The notes under the pieces are model-generated. The model did no database searches and was not told the DNA's origin. It worked only from the letters and a program-made list of their open reading frames with translations. DNA of 17,752 nt from a candidate division WOR-3 bacterium (GTDB taxonomy: Bacteria > Hydrothermota > UBA3072 > B12-G15): the NCBI GenBank assembly GCA_965649055.1, contig CBFGJG010000041.1, positions 1 through 17,752 on the forward strand, read 5' to 3'. Position numbers and translations under genes: made by a program. How positions within the stretch are numbered: the stretch's first letter is position 1; each line of letters opens with the position of its first letter. Shown here piece by piece: positions 16,178 through 17,752 of the stretch.

Positions 16178-17295
16178 CTATTCAGGAATTTTTTCTTTAT
16201 CTCCTCAAGTTTTTTCTCAAAAATTCCATATTCATCTTTCCATCTTCTTATCTTTTCAAGCATTCTCTCTGCTTCTTTTATCGTCTTCTGTAGCCTCTTT
16301 GATAATTCTTTCATAGACTTTTTATTCTTAATTGCTTTCAGAAGTTCATCAAGTTTCTCCTTATCAATCCTGATTTTCTCGGATATAATCTGTATTTCCT
16401 TACCTTTTAATTTTAATATTATCAGTTCTTGCTCTATTTTTATTAGTAAAGCCTTAGCTTCTCTTATCTCTTTCTTCCTTATAAGATTCCTTAATCTTTC
16501 ACCATCTGATTTTATTTGGTTTACGAGATTCTTACCTTCTTGTATTTTCAATTCCATCTTTGAAATATTTTCTTCTATCTTCTTTATCAGGAATTCTGCC
16601 TTTAACTTTGTTAAATCTTCATCTTTTAATCCCTCTTCATTAAGTTCTTTTATCTTATCTTCTATTCCTTTATCCTTTAGTCTCCTTTGCAGTATCTCGA
16701 GCCTCTCAAGATATATTTCCCTTCTTTCCCTTCTTTCTTTTATCTTTTCAATGATTCTCTCTGCATCTTTTTTCTCCCATCTATACCAGTGAATAAATCT
16801 CGCCTCATCTATATTCTGAATTCTACCGATGATTTTCCTCTTCACTTTTATCCTCTGCAATTTTTTTAACATAACCAATTTGTTTGTCATTTTTTCCTTA
16901 ACCTCAACCTCTCCTTCAAGGACCTCAATATCAGAAGAATCTTCTGAATATGAGACAATGAATTCTGTTCCGCGAACACCTGCAACACAGACAGGATTTT
17001 CTATCTCAAAAGCCTTACCGGAAATTAATTTTGATATTTTTGACCATACCTTACCTATTTTAAGATAAATCCTATTCTGATTCCCTGAAGAATTTATTCC
17101 AATAATAGTTCCTGAATCAGCAACTATTGTTGTTAAATTATCGTAAATAATCTCTGCCTTTCCATCAAGAACATTCACAGTATCACCTTCTTTCAGCTCC
17201 ATCTCGGGGAATCCATCTTTCCATACACCTTCTGATTTAACCAAAACATCACCACTTAAAATATTAAGATAAACAGATAAAATTATAAAAAACAT
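16174..17295 (-). CDS. FecR-domain protein with long C-terminal coiled coil
   Basis: Hydrophobic N-terminus, FecR motifs 'LKEGDTV', 'AGVRGTEF' and 'VLEGEVEV'. The last ~200 aa are K/E/L/I-rich and helical. GGAGG RBS. Confidence 0.82.
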   Translation of the reverse strand: MFFIILSVYLNILSGDVLVKSEGVWKDGFPEMELKEGDTVNVLDGKAEIIYDNLTTIVADSGTIIGINSSGNQNRIYLKIGKVWSKISKLISGKAFEIENPVCVAGVRGTEFIVSYSEDSSDIEVLEGEVEVKEKMTNKLVMLKKLQRIKVKRKIIGRIQNIDEARFIHWYRWEKKDAERIIEKIKERRERREIYLERLEILQRRLKDKGIEDKIKELNEEGLKDEDLTKLKAEFLIKKIEENISKMELKIQEGKNLVNQIKSDGERLRNLIRKKEIREAKALLIKIEQELIILKLKGKEIQIISEKIRIDKEKLDELLKAIKNKKSMKELSKRLQKTIKEAERMLEKIRRWKDEYGIFEKKLEEIKKKFLNR

Positions 17296-17344
17296 TTTTA
17301 ACCTCCGTTTTTATTTTTGATAATGATAAATAAGAAGAGTTCCA

Positions 17345-17752
17345 TTATTTTTTCCGTTTTTTTACTATGAATGATATTGTTTCAAATATCATAAAGAAAG
17401 AAAGTAAAAGAAGTATAATAGAAATAGAAGAGAGCATTATCTTTTTATTTATAATAAATTTATGGGTTTGAATAGTTAGTGCTGAAATAGTGATGATTAA
17501 CATAACAATTGCAGGGATTACAGTGTATATTGTTATTTTATTTTTACTTAAAAGCCATGTTGTAATAACGATTAAAGCAAGTGCAGCAACGAGTTGGTTC
17601 GCAGCACCGAATACAGGCCAGATATTCTGCCAGGGACCCAATGAAAGATACGTTGCAAATCCCATTACTACAAGGGTATTTATATAAGGATTTCTCATAA
17701 ATTTAATATTAAATTTTTCAGCAAAAAGTTCAGTCCCTATGTATCTTGTTAT
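17345..17752 (-). CDS. cstA: carbon starvation protein A (peptide/pyruvate transporter), 3' part
   Basis: 'IWPVFGAANQLVAALAL' is the CstA C-terminal motif. The frame stays open to the window edge (ITRYIGTELF...), so the gene starts outside the window. Confidence 0.9.
   Translation of the reverse strand: MTRYIGTELFAEKFNIKFMRNPYINTLVVMGFATYLSLGPWQNIWPVFGAANQLVAALALIVITTWLLSKNKITIYTVIPAIVMLIITISALTIQTHKFIINKKIMLSSISIILLLLSFFMIFETISFIVKKRKK

Noticed and set aside
15356..17687. Plus-strand short ORFs opposite the minus-strand genes
   Set aside because: Shadows of better-supported genes.
1..17752. CRISPR array, tRNA/rRNA, riboswitch, selenocysteine recoding, transposase or integrase
   Set aside because: No spaced repeats or RNA-gene signatures were seen. 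Intergenic gaps after position 183 are at most about 80 nt, and no gene appears interrupted by an in-frame TGA.

Overview
AT-rich, gene-dense bacterial chromosomal window. The organism is probably a diderm, because it has an outer-membrane-porin-like gene and a PstS with no lipobox. On the + strand the order is: an H-NOX/V4R-like (DUF2378-type) protein; a small membrane protein; an overlapping five-gene cluster (ECF-S-like membrane protein, DUF364, XdhC, THEP1/DUF2478-like NTPase, large fold-type II PLP enzyme); a CPBP protease; DUF6512; a two-domain PUA-like/DUF559 nuclease; phoB-phoR; and a Pho-box-preceded porin-pstSCAB-phoU operon. On the - strand, converging on phoU, are the 3' end of cstA, a FecR/coiled-coil protein, a PAP2-family protein and a DUF1566 membrane protein. 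Highlights: phoB has no canonical start and appears to initiate at ATT; four exact 11-bp-phased Pho-box repeats; a candidate reader-nuclease coupled to phoBR; a candidate Mo/W-pterin handling module; and a 197-nt gene overlap that a single slip in a simple repeat would remove. No rRNA, tRNA, CRISPR array or transposase was seen. All family assignments come from motif recognition by eye, not from database searches.
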